In this document: in pieces, positions 10,444-23,037 of the stretch
Numbering within the stretch: the first letter of the stretch is position 1
How the letters are laid out: the number at the start of each line of letters is the position of its first letter
Assembly: GCF_006345805.1 (NCBI RefSeq)
Contig: NC_043004.1
Location: 23,684,001 to 23,748,000 of the forward strand
From: Octopus sinensis
Taxonomy: Eukaryota
Reading direction: 5' to 3'
DNA: 64,000 bases
Notes under the pieces: generated by a model
The model's input: the letters and a program-made list of their open reading frames with translations, nothing else
What the model was told of the DNA's origin: nothing
The model's database searches: none
Program-made: the position numbers and the translations under genes

Positions 10444-12782
10444 TAGTTTTATTTTTATAGCGTGCTTTCACTTCACTACCGAGCGCAGCTCTGTGTGCCT
10501 TGGGTATGTGTTGTGATTTGTTGTGATGCTCTGATGGTTATTGTATGGAAAGTGTTCTGCGTAGGATGTGTGCAGTGCCTAGTAGTGCAATTTTCTGTAT
10601 GTTATATATGTTTGTAAGTCCTGGTGTTTTTGTTATGTATTTGTCTGAATATTTTTTTATCATGCCTAATGCACCTACTATGATAGGAATTGTTTCTGTT
10701 TTCAGGTTCCACATTCTAGTTACCTCTATTTCCAGGTCTTTGTATTTTGAGAGTTTCCCCATTTCTTTTAGAGACACGTTGTCATCTGCCGGTATTGATA
10801 CATCAATTAGAAAGCATTTTTTTTCTTCATGATCTCTGACAACTATATCTGGTCTGTTGGCCTTAATTTCTCTATCTGTGTGTATCGGCATATCCCAGAG
10901 TATGGTTGCTTTCTCGTTTTCTGTGACCTTTTCTGGTGTGTGCCTATACCATCTTTTTTCTGTTGTTATTCCATAATGTTGGCATAGCTTCCAATGTATG
11001 TAGGTTCCAACTCTGTCATGTCTGTGAATATATTCCTTCTTAGCCAGGACTGGGCAGCTAGAGATAATATGATTTATTGTTTCTTGTCCATCTCCACATA
11101 TTCTGCAGTTACTTGTAATATTTCTTTTCATTACATGTTTTTGGTAATTTCTGGTGGGGAGGCTTTGGTCTTGTGCTGCAATTAAAAATCCCTCTGTTTC
11201 TGCTTTGAGTCCTGAGCTTCTCAACCATTGCTGGGATTTTTCTTTGTCTATTTCTTTTGCGTTTAGTTTAGTGCAGTATTTACCATGAAGGGGCTTTTCT
11301 TGCCATCGTTTTATCATGGCTCGTTGCTGTTCTATTTTTAGTTTGGATTTCATTTGTTTTATAGCTTTTGTTGTTTCTTCATCATCTTCTTCTTCTTCTT
11401 TGTGTTTATTAGGTGGTATGATTTCTTGTTTGTATTTGTCAGCTTCCTTAAATACTGAGAACAGTTTTTTGTTTTGCTCGTGTTTTGCTGCTATCTGGAT
11501 CAGTTTTCCTTCCTTCTGAAGTAGGTATTTTTGCAGTCCTATGGTGGTTATTTTATAGTAGTTTTCCAGCTGTATAAGGCCTCTACCACCTTCTATACGT
11601 TGTATATATAGTCTTTCTATGTCAGATTTTGGGTGATGCATCCTAGATCCTGTCAGTATTTTTCTTGTTTTCCTATCTATTTTGGACAGTTCATTTCGTG
11701 TCCAGTTAAGGATATTGTAGCTGTAACTTATAACTGGGACAGCTAAAGTGTTGATATCTATTATCTTGTTTTTAGCATTGAGCTCTGTTTTTAGTATTGA
11801 TCTAACTCGTCTATAATATTCTTTTTTTATTTTCTCTTTCATTTGTGTGTGTTGTGTCTTATCTAGTTCATGGATTCCTAAGTATTTGTAAGTTTGGCTT
11901 TGGTCTAATTCTTTTATTTCATTGGTTTTATCTAGTGTGATGATGTTACTCTTAACTAGTTTTCCTCTTTTCATGGTTACTTTGGCGCATTTTTCTAATC
12001 CAAATTTCATATCTATTTCTTTGGTAAATCCATGAACTGTCTTTAATAGTGTTTCCAGCTGTTTGTCATTTGCAGCGTATAGTTTTAGGTCATCCATATA
12101 TAAAAGGTGGCTGATCGTTTTGCCGTAACATTTATATCCGCATCCAGTTCTATTTAGCATATCAGATAGAGGTGACAGTGCCAAGCAGAAAAGGGGTGGA
12201 GAGAGCGTGTCTCCCTGGAATATTCCTCTTCTAATGGGGATGTCTTTGGTTTTCATGAGTCCCTCTTTTGTTTGGAGGTGTAGGACTGTTTGCCATTTAT
12301 TCATAGAGTGCTCTATGAATTTTATGATTGTTGGTGCTACTTTGTTAATGGCTAGTGTTTCGAGGATCCATGTGTGGGGGATGCTATCAAACGCCTTTTT
12401 GTAGTCAATCCAGGCCATACTGAGGCCTTTCTTCTTTCTGTGGCTGTCTTCAGTTACGGCTTTATTAATCATTAGTTGATCTTTACAGCCATATGAGCCT
12501 TTGCGGCATCCTTTCTGCTCTTCTGGGAACAGTTTGTTTTCGTCCAGGTGCTTGTTCAGCCTTTGCATTATCACTGCAGTAAATGCCTTGAACATAGTAG
12601 GGAGGCAGGTTATTGGTCTGTAGTTTTCTGGTTTTGTTGTTTCATTTGATTTGGGAATTAAGATGGGTTTCCCCTTCGTGAGCCATTCAGGTATTGTCTC
12701 TGGCTCTGCTAGTATGCTGTTAAAGTTTTCAGCCAGCTTTTTGTGCATTCCTGTTAGATATTTCAACCAGAAGTTGGGGATC
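10441..12782 (-). mobile_element. 5'-truncated, young R4/Dong-like non-LTR retrotransposon (RT + CCHC + REL endonuclease)
   Basis: Flanked by (TAA)n on both sides, with a 97-nt 3' UTR. The uninterrupted ORF runs from the truncation point (..IPNFWLKYL) to the stop at 10538. Confidence 0.95.
10538..12766 (-). CDS. Reverse transcriptase / restriction-like endonuclease ORF of the Dong-like element (N-terminally truncated, 742 aa)
   Basis: RT motifs NYRPITCL, EEQKGCRKG, AWIDYKKAFDS, GIFQGDTLSP, LYMDD, YKYLG. Zinc knuckle CRICGDGQETINHIISSC. REL motif RPDIVV..CFLIDVSIP...KLSKY. Confidence 0.95.
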   Translation of the reverse strand: MKYLTGMHKKLAENFNSILAEPETIPEWLTKGKPILIPKSNETTKPENYRPITCLPTMFKAFTAVIMQRLNKHLDENKLFPEEQKGCRKGSYGCKDQLMINKAVTEDSHRKKKGLSMAWIDYKKAFDSIPHTWILETLAINKVAPTIIKFIEHSMNKWQTVLHLQTKEGLMKTKDIPIRRGIFQGDTLSPPLFCLALSPLSDMLNRTGCGYKCYGKTISHLLYMDDLKLYAANDKQLETLLKTVHGFTKEIDMKFGLEKCAKVTMKRGKLVKSNIITLDKTNEIKELDQSQTYKYLGIHELDKTQHTQMKEKIKKEYYRRVRSILKTELNAKNKIIDINTLAVPVISYSYNILNWTRNELSKIDRKTRKILTGSRMHHPKSDIERLYIQRIEGGRGLIQLENYYKITTIGLQKYLLQKEGKLIQIAAKHEQNKKLFSVFKEADKYKQEIIPPNKHKEEEEDDEETTKAIKQMKSKLKIEQQRAMIKRWQEKPLHGKYCTKLNAKEIDKEKSQQWLRSSGLKAETEGFLIAAQDQSLPTRNYQKHVMKRNITSNCRICGDGQETINHIISSCPVLAKKEYIHRHDRVGTYIHWKLCQHYGITTEKRWYRHTPEKVTENEKATILWDMPIHTDREIKANRPDIVVRDHEEKKCFLIDVSIPADDNVSLKEMGKLSKYKDLEIEVTRMWNLKTETIPIIVGALGMIKKYSDKYITKTPGLTNIYNIQKIALLGTAHILRRTLSIQ

Positions 12783-12842
12783 TTATTATTATTATTATTA
12801 TTATTATTATATTATTATTATTATTATTATTATCATATTATA

Positions 12843-13518
12843 TGAAAACTCACAGCTGTTGGGTATGATGGAAAGTGTCAGCTGTCCGCAGCCAACAGCA
12901 GACTGTGGCACTTGTTTACTGTTCTATGCTTCAAGAACCTTGCGAAGAATTCTTGCAGTTCCAAGCAATGTTGATTTTTGTAGATGTTCTACCTTCACAC
13001 TTGCACCGATCTTTTTCAGGCATGTTGTTAGTTGAGTGCAGATACTTCTAAGTGCACTATTGGAATCACGTCTACTCTCTTTATTGACCATAGCCTTCCT
13101 ATTTCCCACTTCAATTGGTCGTAGCTATTTACTTTTTCTTCTTTTACATTGATCTTGTCACTGGGGCATGCTATGTCGATAATCATACATGTTCTTTCTT
13201 TTTTTTTTCACCACAATAATATCCGGTTTCCAAAGTCTAGTGGGGCGATCGTACTGGATCATTGCATCCCACAGGATTTTGCAATTCTCATTTTCGTTGG
13301 CTCCTTCTGGGGTTTTCTCATACCATGACTTAGCTCTTTGCAGGGCGTGATTTCCACAGAGTTCCCAATGGATCATTCTTGCCACATTTTCATGGCATCT
13401 TTTGTAATCGCGTTGTGCCAATTTCGGGTATTCGCGAACGATGTACCATATTGTTTCACCCCTCTCACCACACATTCAGCATTTGTCGCTAACTCAAGTG
13501 TTGTCTATTCTGCACGTC
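12843..13518 (-). mobile_element. Decayed 3' fragment of a second Dong-like family
   Basis: CGERGETIWYIVREYPKLAQRDYKRCHENVARMIHWELC...ILWD...KPDIIVV and LQKSTLLGTARILRKVLEA*. Bounded by (TAA)n at 12783-12835 and 13519-13590. Confidence 0.85.
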
Positions 13519-13559
<41 letters not shown>

Positions 13560-14086
13560 TATTATTATTATTATTGTTATTATTATTATTTGTAAACGAA
13601 AGGATTGGTAAAATAACGAATTGACTGTACTGGTTTTTTTTTATTAGATTGCTGAAATGTTGTCTCGGCAAATGATAACATCACATATTTGAATAATACA
13701 ACTTCGACATTAATTTCGTTAACCCACGGAATTACTTCTAACATCATTTATCGTTTTACACACACATACACACGCGCGCGCTCTAAATTAAAAGTTATGA
13801 TTAAATAAAGACTCAATGTAGAGTTTAGTATTTACTATAAAAATCTAGTTTTGTAGAAAATTTGATTGTGATTTCGGACTTTTGCCAGTTATTGCTTATT
13901 TAAACAGTGACAGTCAGACCATATCAAGACTATAAAAAGTGTTTAGAAAAAAGTAAACAGTCATCATACCACAGTGTTACCAATACATATATAAAAACCA
14001 CTACGTAGATAAACAAACATCTAACTACCTACCTACCTACCTACCTACCTACCTACCTACCTACCTACCGATCTACCTATCTACAA

Positions 14087-14173
<87 letters not shown>

Positions 14174-14439
14174 TTGTCTCGGGTCGATAAGATAAGTATC
14201 AATTGAGCACTGGGATCGATGTAATTGACTTCCCCATTCTCCGAAATTGCTGGCTTTGTGCCAAAGTTTGAAATCAGTGTCTAGGAACAGATTCACTGAG
14301 GAGTCAATAGATGTGGAGGACTTACCGCCTACATCCGAATCCGAAGAGAATCAGAATAAGAAATATAACCTGGTTCAATCCTACGTTTAATCTAGAATGT
14401 CCAACCACCTTAGTTAGGCGCTTCTTGTCACTAATTAAA

Positions 14440-15480
14440 TAAACTCTTCGCTAGTACCCATAAATATTATAAACTTTTCAGCCCTCACAAAGACAAGGTT
14501 AGTTACTCCTGCTTAGATAACGTTACTTCTAACATCGCACGCTACAACTTAAGTCTTTACCTACACAACCTCCAATACACACTCCGACCTGAAAGTTTCG
14601 AAATCCTACCAACTGCCTACTGGTAGGGACCTATCTCTCAAGGACTGTGGTAAATGAGCCACCTTCACACCAACCGATAGCATTACAAGACACTACAACG
14701 GCATACCATCCAACGTCTTCAAGTTAAGGTATACACAACATATACACTCCTTGAGGTGCAGGGAAAGTGAAACCCCCACTCCTCTGTCATGTTTTATCTG
14801 GAGATATTTTTTATCCCGGAACGACATCCTAATATCAAATGGAGTATCATTGACAGAGCCTCTCCGTACCCACAATGAACCCCCAGCTGCCAACTCTGCC
14901 TCCACGAGGCACTACACATACTTACCTGACGTGCAGCATCCATCAACAAGAAAAATGAACTACTTTCACCAGAGTTAGGCTGTATTATTGAAATTTAAGC
15001 CAGTGGAAGCCGACACTCCAAATATAAACCTTCATCTTGCTTGCACCATACCCAAGGGCATGGAACTTAACCTTTGCCGCCCGTATACACTTCAGTCCGA
15101 TCCACACTGATGAGCCTACGTAGTATCAGCAAATTTGAATCTAGCACCTCCAAATCTGGTTATTCCCCCTAATCCGTGACAACACCCCACTCTGCCATGT
15201 GTAGCAGCAAATATAACGAACTGATGTCACTAAATAAACCATGCCACAGTTTCCAGACATAGCGGTGACAGACCTATCAACATCTGTTGAACTACGTGAA
15301 CCGAAGAACACAAAAAAAAGAACTGATGTCACTTCCAGATCAACAACGCCACGTGATCTACGTTGACCAATAGAGGCCGAGGAATTTGAAGCCGTTTTGA
15401 ATTTGTTTCATATCCTGTTACTTGGTCACCAAATGCCTGACAATCTTGGTTCCTTCTGCGAGCCTACGAAGGCTGATTTG
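14440..15480 (+). mobile_element. Decayed Penelope-like element, GIY-YIG endonuclease region and 3' end
   Basis: HKYYKLFSPHKDKVSYSCLDNVTSNIARYN, YNGIPSNVFKLRYTQH, and after a frameshift PNIKWSIIDRASPY..CQLCLHEALHILT..INKKNELLS. These are the typical PLE C-terminal motifs. Confidence 0.8.
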
Positions 15481-16543
15481 CATGGAGGTAAGTCAACTTG
15501 TTACTAAATTATATATATGTGTGTGAACGCGTGTGTATGTGTGTGAAAACTTGTTGAGCATCTTGAAAAATACAAAGTCGCTAGGATTAATTATAGCATA
15601 TATGTGCTATTAGTGAGTCTGTTTTCGTGCGCATGCATTTGTATATGTGATGAATGCACGTGGCTTATTAGTTAGTGGGATGGGCCTATAATTGTAAGTC
15701 TGAGAGTTCGATTCGTGGATTACTCGATGACTTGTATGCTTGAGCAAGGCACTTCGTTTCAAGTTGCTTCCAGTTTACACGACTAAAAATAGGAAACAAC
15801 AAAGTACTGACGCAACACGCTATCCGCTGGCTGAAGGATAGGAATGTCGAGAGGTACGTATAACAATAATCGAAAGCAAGCATCATATGATACACATTTT
15901 TAGTGATTGGCTGTGATAATACAAAACGGTGGATACATTTTTCTTGCATGATTACCATTTTGCGTGTCAGCAACGAGACAACCAGAAATGTTCTTTAGAT
16001 GCTAATTTATTTAAAGTGCCTATTTAAATTATGTCATCATAGCAGGTGGAGCGAAATTTTACGGTAATTAAAAATTAAGAGTATAGGAATAAATCTTTGT
16101 GTTTAGTTATCATAATCTGAATGGATATTAAAGAAAAATGCAGAATACTTTAATTATATTCACTTCCTTAATGTTTTGTAATTCTCTCTTTCCCTCTCTT
16201 TCTCTCTATCACTTCCTCTCTTAATTAATAAAATATCTTTAATGATGCATTTTCTTTTCTTATTGCAATGTTTTACTTTCAGACCTCTTGTGGCTATCAA
16301 TACTCATATAAGAGAAAAAATGTCGTCGCAAAACCTAGAAGCAAAATCACGAAATCATTCGTCCATATCTGGGCGCAGACACAGCTGCGTGCTGAAGAAA
16401 TATCTTTGGCAGTAATGGGGTTCTAGATTCGAACTCAGCTCACAGCAATCTGACCAAGTGTCGTCTACCGTAACCTCAAGTTAACCCAAGTTTTGTGATT
16501 TGTGAATGTAGTTCCTCTGCACGGAAACTGCACTCGAAGCCAG

Positions 16544-16612
<69 letters not shown>

Positions 16613-16628
16613 CTATATATATATGTAT

Positions 16629-16671
<43 letters not shown>

Positions 16672-16673
<2 letters not shown>

Positions 16674-16777
16674 GTTCCACAGCGTGGCACCTTGGGTAAG
16701 TGTCTTCTACTAAAACCTCGGGTCGACCAAAGCCTTGTGAGTGGCTTTCGTAGATGGAAACTGAAAGAAGCCCGTCG

Positions 16778-16814
<37 letters not shown>

Positions 16815-17022
16815 CTATTTTGGCCCCCTGTAATTGCTTGACAACCGATGCTGGTGTGTTTACGTCCCCGTAACATAGCAGTTCGACAAAAGCAACCAAT
16901 AGAATAAGTACTAGGCTTACAAAGTATAAATCTTTCTGGGACCGATTTCTTAGACTAAAACCCTTTAAGATGGCGCCCCAGCATGGCTGCAGTCAAATGA
17001 CAGAAACAAGTAAAAGAAGAAA
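16672..17022 (+). mobile_element. SINE family A (head disrupted by a CT/TA/AG microsatellite)
   Basis: TTCCACAGCGTGGCACCTTGGGTAAGTGTCTTCTAC...CAGCATGGCTGCAGTCAAATGACAGAAACAAGTAAAAG. Confidence 0.85.
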
Positions 17023-17044
17023 AGAATATATATATACTCATTCA

Positions 17045-17423
17045 CTTGTTTCAGTCATTTGACTGCGGCTATGCTGGAGCACTGCCTTTTAGTGAAAGAA
17101 ATCGGCCATACGACTTATTCTTTGTGAGCTTGGTACTTATTCTATTGGTCCCTTTTGCCGAACCGCTGTTAGAGGGGACATAAACACACCAACGCCTATT
17201 GCCAAGCGATGGTAGGGGGGACAAACACAGACACAAAGACACACACATAAATACATATATATACGACGGGCTTCTTTTAGTTTCCGTCTACCAAATCCAC
17301 TCACAAGGCTTTGGTCGGCCCGCCAGGCTATAGTAGAGCACACTTGCCCAAGGTATCACGCTGTGGGACTGAACCCGGAACTATGTGTTTGTGAAGCAAG
17401 TTTCTCACCACACAGCCACTCCT

Positions 17424-17427
<4 letters not shown>
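17045..17427 (-). mobile_element. SINE family A, tail-to-tail with the preceding copy
   Basis: CTTGTTTCAGTCATTTGACTGCGG...CACCACACAGCCACTCCTGCGC is the reverse complement of family A. Confidence 0.9.
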
Positions 17428-17495
<68 letters not shown>

Positions 17496-18142
17496 GTGTC
17501 TGTATTGAGTTTCTACCCCGTTGCAGCTATTTGATCTAAGTCGTTGATCTAATGTTAATTCTTGCATTCCTAACCAAAAATTTAGAAGGCTTTGATAGGG
17601 GGGTTCAATGCGATTTGTCTAACATCTAAAAAAAAATCGATTTAACATTAAACTTTATATCAGTGAAAGAAGGTAGCGAGTTCTATCGTCACATTATCTA
17701 ATTCTAGTCTAAGATATGTAGGAACTTGTAGAGGTTGATTTAACCCCTGAAATATCACTGAATGTCATAACTCATGATCGAATGATTCTCATTCATTATC
17801 TACTAATCTTTTGCAGGTTGTGTTGTACGACATTATGCCATGTCACTGTCCCCTTTTTAAAACAAATGCAACACATTTCTGGGAATTTCGTAATCACAGC
17901 TTTTAATTTAATTTGACTTAATTTGGTTTCAATTAGCTTAATTGTGTTTCGCAATTAAGTAATTATACATTTGATGGTGTTTATTTGAATAAAACAGCTA
18001 TGAGCACAATTAGTGTGTGAACTATAATGCGAAATTCATGTTTCTCTATTAAAAATATATATACATATGTACATGCGTGTGTATAAGTATGTTGCTTAAA
18101 TGCTTGAACATGTATATACCTGTACTCACACACGCACGCACG

Positions 18143-18175
<33 letters not shown>

Positions 18176-18239
18176 CACACACACACACACACACACGGTT
18201 CAAGATTGTACAAAAAACAAAACAACAAAAGACAGAGAC

Positions 18240-19330
18240 AAGTGAGGGAATGAAAAATAGGGTGTGTTAGTTTGACGCTCAGGAAAAAATGGAAGAAGTC
18301 CTTGACGTTTCGGGCCTAGGCTTTTCTACAGAAAGGAAAGAAGAAAGAAAACAAAGGCGAGAGGAATGAGAGGAAATAAAACAGAGAGAGAGAGAGACGG
18401 AGAGTGAAAACGAGTCTAGATTGACGGCTTCACATGTTTAATTGACCGGAAGGAATTAGGCTGACACAAAGGGAGACGACAGTAACCCGGTTAAAGTGTG
18501 TGTGCGCGAGCGCGCGAGTGTGTATGCGAGGATAAAGTATGCGAGTGTATATGTGTGTATAGACGAGCGTGAGTTTATGTGCGTGTGGGCAAGCATGTGC
18601 ATGAGTATGAAGATTACTTGAGAGTGTGAATCTGTACGTATGGGAGCGTGAGTTGTTTGTGACAATGTTGTGTGTGTATGTATTATGTGTGGAGATGTTG
18701 AGATAGGAGTGTGAGACTGATTTTTAGTGGTTGGAGGTCGTAAGAGAGGAGTGGTGTATGGTGACAGAAACGTCGAGAAAATTGAAAGAAGTGTTGGAGT
18801 TAGAACAGGAGAATTCGAGGGAGGGATGGGACTCATTCTCGTTCCCATGGCCACTCCCGAGACATGATGATAAACGAGAACGGGAAACAATTCAGAGAGT
18901 GGAGAAGTTCAACCAAACAGAGTAGGGTAGAGATGTCAGGCTGAGGATCAGGACGAAGGCCGAGGAAGTATTTTAAAGCAAGGAGGCCTTTACTGTGAGG
19001 ATGACAGCGTATAATAATTTTATGTGACGTGTGAACAGGAATCTGGAGGTGCCGGGAGGAAAGGAGAAAGAATTGAAGAGATTAAGTACATAATTGATGT
19101 CATGGATGAGTGTGGTGGGGAGGGAAGCCACTAAGGGTGCGAGGATGAGGTTGAAGTATTTGGAGATGTGTGGGACAACTAGCAGGCGGAGACGATAGGG
19201 TGACCAGGGTTGTTGGTTTTATGGAATTCAAGAAAGAAGTAAATGGTGGGGATGCTTGGGGTACCGATAAGGAGATCGGAGGCGGTGGGGTAGTAGAAGG
19301 GAGAAGGAAATAAGATATTACATAGAAGAG
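18240..19330 (-). mobile_element. Decayed Penelope-like element: RT fragment plus pseudo-LTR
   Basis: TPSIPTIYFFLEFHKTNNPGHPIVSAC (cf. PLE KIHKP..PGRPIVS) at 19179-19260 and VSGVAMGTRMSP (PLE Q..G..MG motif) at ~18850. A pLTR-like tail at 18240-18460 is homologous to 58029-58150. Confidence 0.8.
18299..18336 (-). ncRNA. Minimal type I hammerhead-like motif (decayed stem II, CUGUAGA core)
   Basis: Minus strand CCTTT-CTGTAGA-A-AAGCCTAGGCCC-GAAAC-GTC-AAGGA: stem I, GAAAC and a GUC cleavage triplet are present; stem II is partly mismatched. Confidence 0.5.
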
Positions 19331-19726
19331 ACGAATTGTAGAGCGTGATAGACGGAAGTGTCTTGGACTTGGCGGAGCGCCTCAGCCTTATAGAGGCCTG
19401 CACGACACAGGACCACTGCTCCACCTCTGTCAGTCAATCACACACACATAGATAGAGTAATGAATAATTAGATATAGGCATACGTATATAATATATAGAT
19501 AGATTGACACACACACACATATCTATGTGTGTGTGTCTGTGTGTGTGTGTGTGTATTTGTTTTTCTGCGATTGGCTACGTTAACCACCGAAGCTTATATG
19601 AAACAAATCAAGCAAATAATATATCATCGCTACCTGAAAGAACATACAAACGCTAAATGCTGTCATTCGTCATTTTATTGATGACCTTGTCTCAAAATTT
19701 TAAACAATAATAAAAAGGCGACGAGC

Positions 19727-19910
19727 CAGCAGAGACGTTAAAACGCAGCGGAAATGTTTAGCCTTATTTCGTCCATCTTTACATTCTACGGGATCGAATT
19801 TGTCTTTCATCCTTGCGAGGTCGTTGAAATAAGTACCAGATGAACACTGGGGTCGATGTAATTGACTTATCCTCCACTAAAATTTCAGACCATGTGCCTA
19901 TAATAGACTT
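19727..19910 (+). mobile_element. SINE family B with (ATT)n tail
   Basis: GGCGACGAGCCAGCAGAGACGTTAA...GGGGTCGATGTAATTGAC...CCATGTGCCTATAATAG followed by (ATT)n. Confidence 0.75.
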
Positions 19911-19911
19911 A

Positions 19912-19961
<50 letters not shown>

Positions 19962-20185
19962 GTTATTATTGGTGTTGGCGTAGCAGTTTCTATGGCGATA
20001 CCCTGTTTAAGCTGGATTGCAACAAACAGATTTCATTTCTTTCCATGAACAATTTTGCTCGATGCAATAATCCCATTGAGAAAATTATAAATACCACAAC
20101 TTCGTATTTCACCTTTGCTCTATACTAACCTATACTAATACTCTACATGAGCACGACTAGTAATCATGATCACCACCATCATGAC

Positions 20186-20245
<60 letters not shown>

Positions 20246-21352
20246 GTGTAGAAATGGCGAATATCTGAAAATATTCCAGTCGTCTTTTTTCTGTTTTTGT
20301 TTTACAATTCAATTTTATTTTCAGCATCAAAGTAATATCAGATTAAGCGAAGCTACGGAAACCTATACAAATGACCCACACATACAAATATAGTAGAGCA
20401 GCATCTGGAAATAACTGCATGTCAATTCTAGCAGAAATTACATATTCTTCAACATTTTTTTATGTACAGAGGCTAAACGAAGAGGAAAATAAGAAGAAAA
20501 CGTAAAATCTCTTCTGTGTAAAGGACGAAGAAACAGTCACTGAGAGAATGTATTCACCTCAGCTTGAATCTTAGTAGAAGATATCTTCAAAGAGTGTGTA
20601 ACAAAAGACGTATTTAAACGGCAAATTCTTAACATTACAACACAGTTTCAGTTGGCTGAAGAAGTAAGAATATTAAGAATATTTTTTAATATTTATCACA
20701 GATTGGAGGCACTAATATTACATAGTTATTATATGCTTGTTGGAAATGAGTCAAGCTGCTGCACATGGAAATGCGGTTGAAGAAATAGCAATCATATTTT
20801 CGTATTCTAAAGCATCCTTTGCAGACATTTTATGTCCCAAAATTAGATTCAGACATTCAATAAAAATAAATCCTTGAGATGCAATCAAGTGGTTGTGGTT
20901 GTAAGAGACCAATAAACAAATTAAATAGGATACAATATCTATTGATAAAATTATTAGGAATACAATTACTTATCCAAGCAATTATTAGCAGTTTATTGAA
21001 AGACATGTTTCCTTCTATTAATGGCATTCATCCTGATTCGAGTAATTTTGCATATTGGCAACAGAAATTTGTTTTAATAGTTAGCTCAAACAAGACGGCG
21101 AGCTGGCACAATCAAAATGCGTCGCAACATCTCGCCAGGTTTTGCGTTCTGAGTTCAAATTCTACAAGGGTCGAATTTGCCTTTTATCCCTTTCAGGATC
21201 TTACAGAATAAGTACTAATTGAGCATTGAGGACCGTGTCATCGACTGCAGCCGTTATGCCAAAATAGGTAAAGAATGGTTAGTTTTTGTGATAGCTTAGG
21301 TTGGCCTCACAAAGTTATGTTTAGTTAAGAAAGTAACGTATACATATAAGAT

Positions 21353-21424
<72 letters not shown>

Positions 21425-21880
21425 CGTTTATATATTTTTACATATCAACATACATACATCAGAAACATATATATATGGTAGATAACAGCTCGTTATCAAG
21501 TACGGCCACATCTTAGGTTAAAATTACAGAGTACCTCCTTGTTAGGGCCTCCAGGGAAGCTGTATGACAAGCTCAACACTTCATACAGACGGGCAGGGAA
21601 CCACGACTACTCAGGTACACTTACTGCACCTACGAAACCGGAACGACCAAATTATTTGAGAATAGAGTCACATGTGACGTGGCTCATTATCTAGTAAGGA
21701 GCGCTAATATTACAAATCTTGATCACTTTCCATTAGACGTGCCTGCATGCGGCCCATGGGTTATACTAGCAGCCAAAATGTCTCAACAGCGCAGGCGGTG
21801 GAACTCTCGTATAACACAGAGAGAGAGAGGGAGAGAGAGAGAGAGCGAGAGAGAGAGAGAGAAACTATTTCATACTCGAA

Positions 21881-21921
<41 letters not shown>

Positions 21922-22034
21922 TCACATGTATGAAAGATACACACACACACATATATATATATATACATAGACAGATAGATAGATACATACATATGTATGC
22001 AAACATATATGTACACACATATATACACACATAA

Positions 22035-22087
<53 letters not shown>

Positions 22088-22216
22088 TAGACTCAAACAC
22101 ACACACACACATACACACACACACATACACACACACACATACACACACACACATATATACATATGTATATATATATGTATACATATATAGACTCAAACAC
22201 ACCACACACACACACA

Positions 22217-22299
<83 letters not shown>

Positions 22300-22499
22300 A
22301 CTATAAGTACAAGACCTGCAATATTGGGGAGGGGTAAGTCGATAAATCGCCCCAGAGTTCCACCGGTACTTAACTTATCAACCTCGAAAGCATGAAAGGC
22401 AAAGTCGAGCCCGGCGGCATTAGAACTCAGAACATAAAAACAGATGAAATACCGCTAAGTATTTCGCCCATATATATGTCTACATATATGTATATGTAT

Positions 22500-22890
22500 A
22501 TATATATATATAAAACTGAGAATGTGTGTCTGTCTGTCTGTCTATCTGTCTGTCTGCATGCCTGTCTGTCTGCATGCCTGTCTGTCTGCATGCCTGTCTG
22601 TCTGCATGCCTGTCTGTGTGAATCCCTAAAACATGAGAACTACACAACCAATTTGATTCAAATTTTACACATGCCTTACTAAGGGTCCATGTAGTGTCAT
22701 GGGCAGAAAAGTTTAACTTCTTGCCTAGGGCGAGCCCGCAGCAATATCATATCTTCTCCACTATTTCAGTATTTCGTGTTAAAAGTGAAACAAAAACATC
22801 TCTATGATTTCACTTTAATATTGAAACTATTAAAGTGAAAGTATTATATAACAGGGATGAACCATTAACAGTGGACATCCATTTTGCTAG
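22500..22890 (+). mobile_element. Non-autonomous Helitron-like element
   Basis: Starts in TATATATAAAACTGAGAATG followed by a (TCTG)n/(CATGCCTGTCTGTCTG)n tract. Ends GGATG..CATCC-ATTTTG-CTAG, i.e. a sub-terminal hairpin plus CTAG. Confidence 0.5.
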
Positions 22891-23001
22891 AAGAATATCA
22901 GCTATGGTCTTATATGCAACACCACTGGTTTTCAATTCATATTAATCAAATTGATATTCAATTTTTCACCCATATGATTTTAAGTTTAAATTTACATGTA
23001 T

Positions 23002-23037
<36 letters not shown>

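Noticed and set aside
10700-10780. EMGK in place of the expected E-x-EK in the REL domain, possibly an A-to-G change copied from an edited RNA template
   Set aside because: A single inferred substitution without a consensus cannot show editing.
16543-16675. (CT)n-(TA)n-(AG)n self-complementary microsatellite
   Set aside because: It could be a fold-back product, but low-complexity arms give no diagnostic information.
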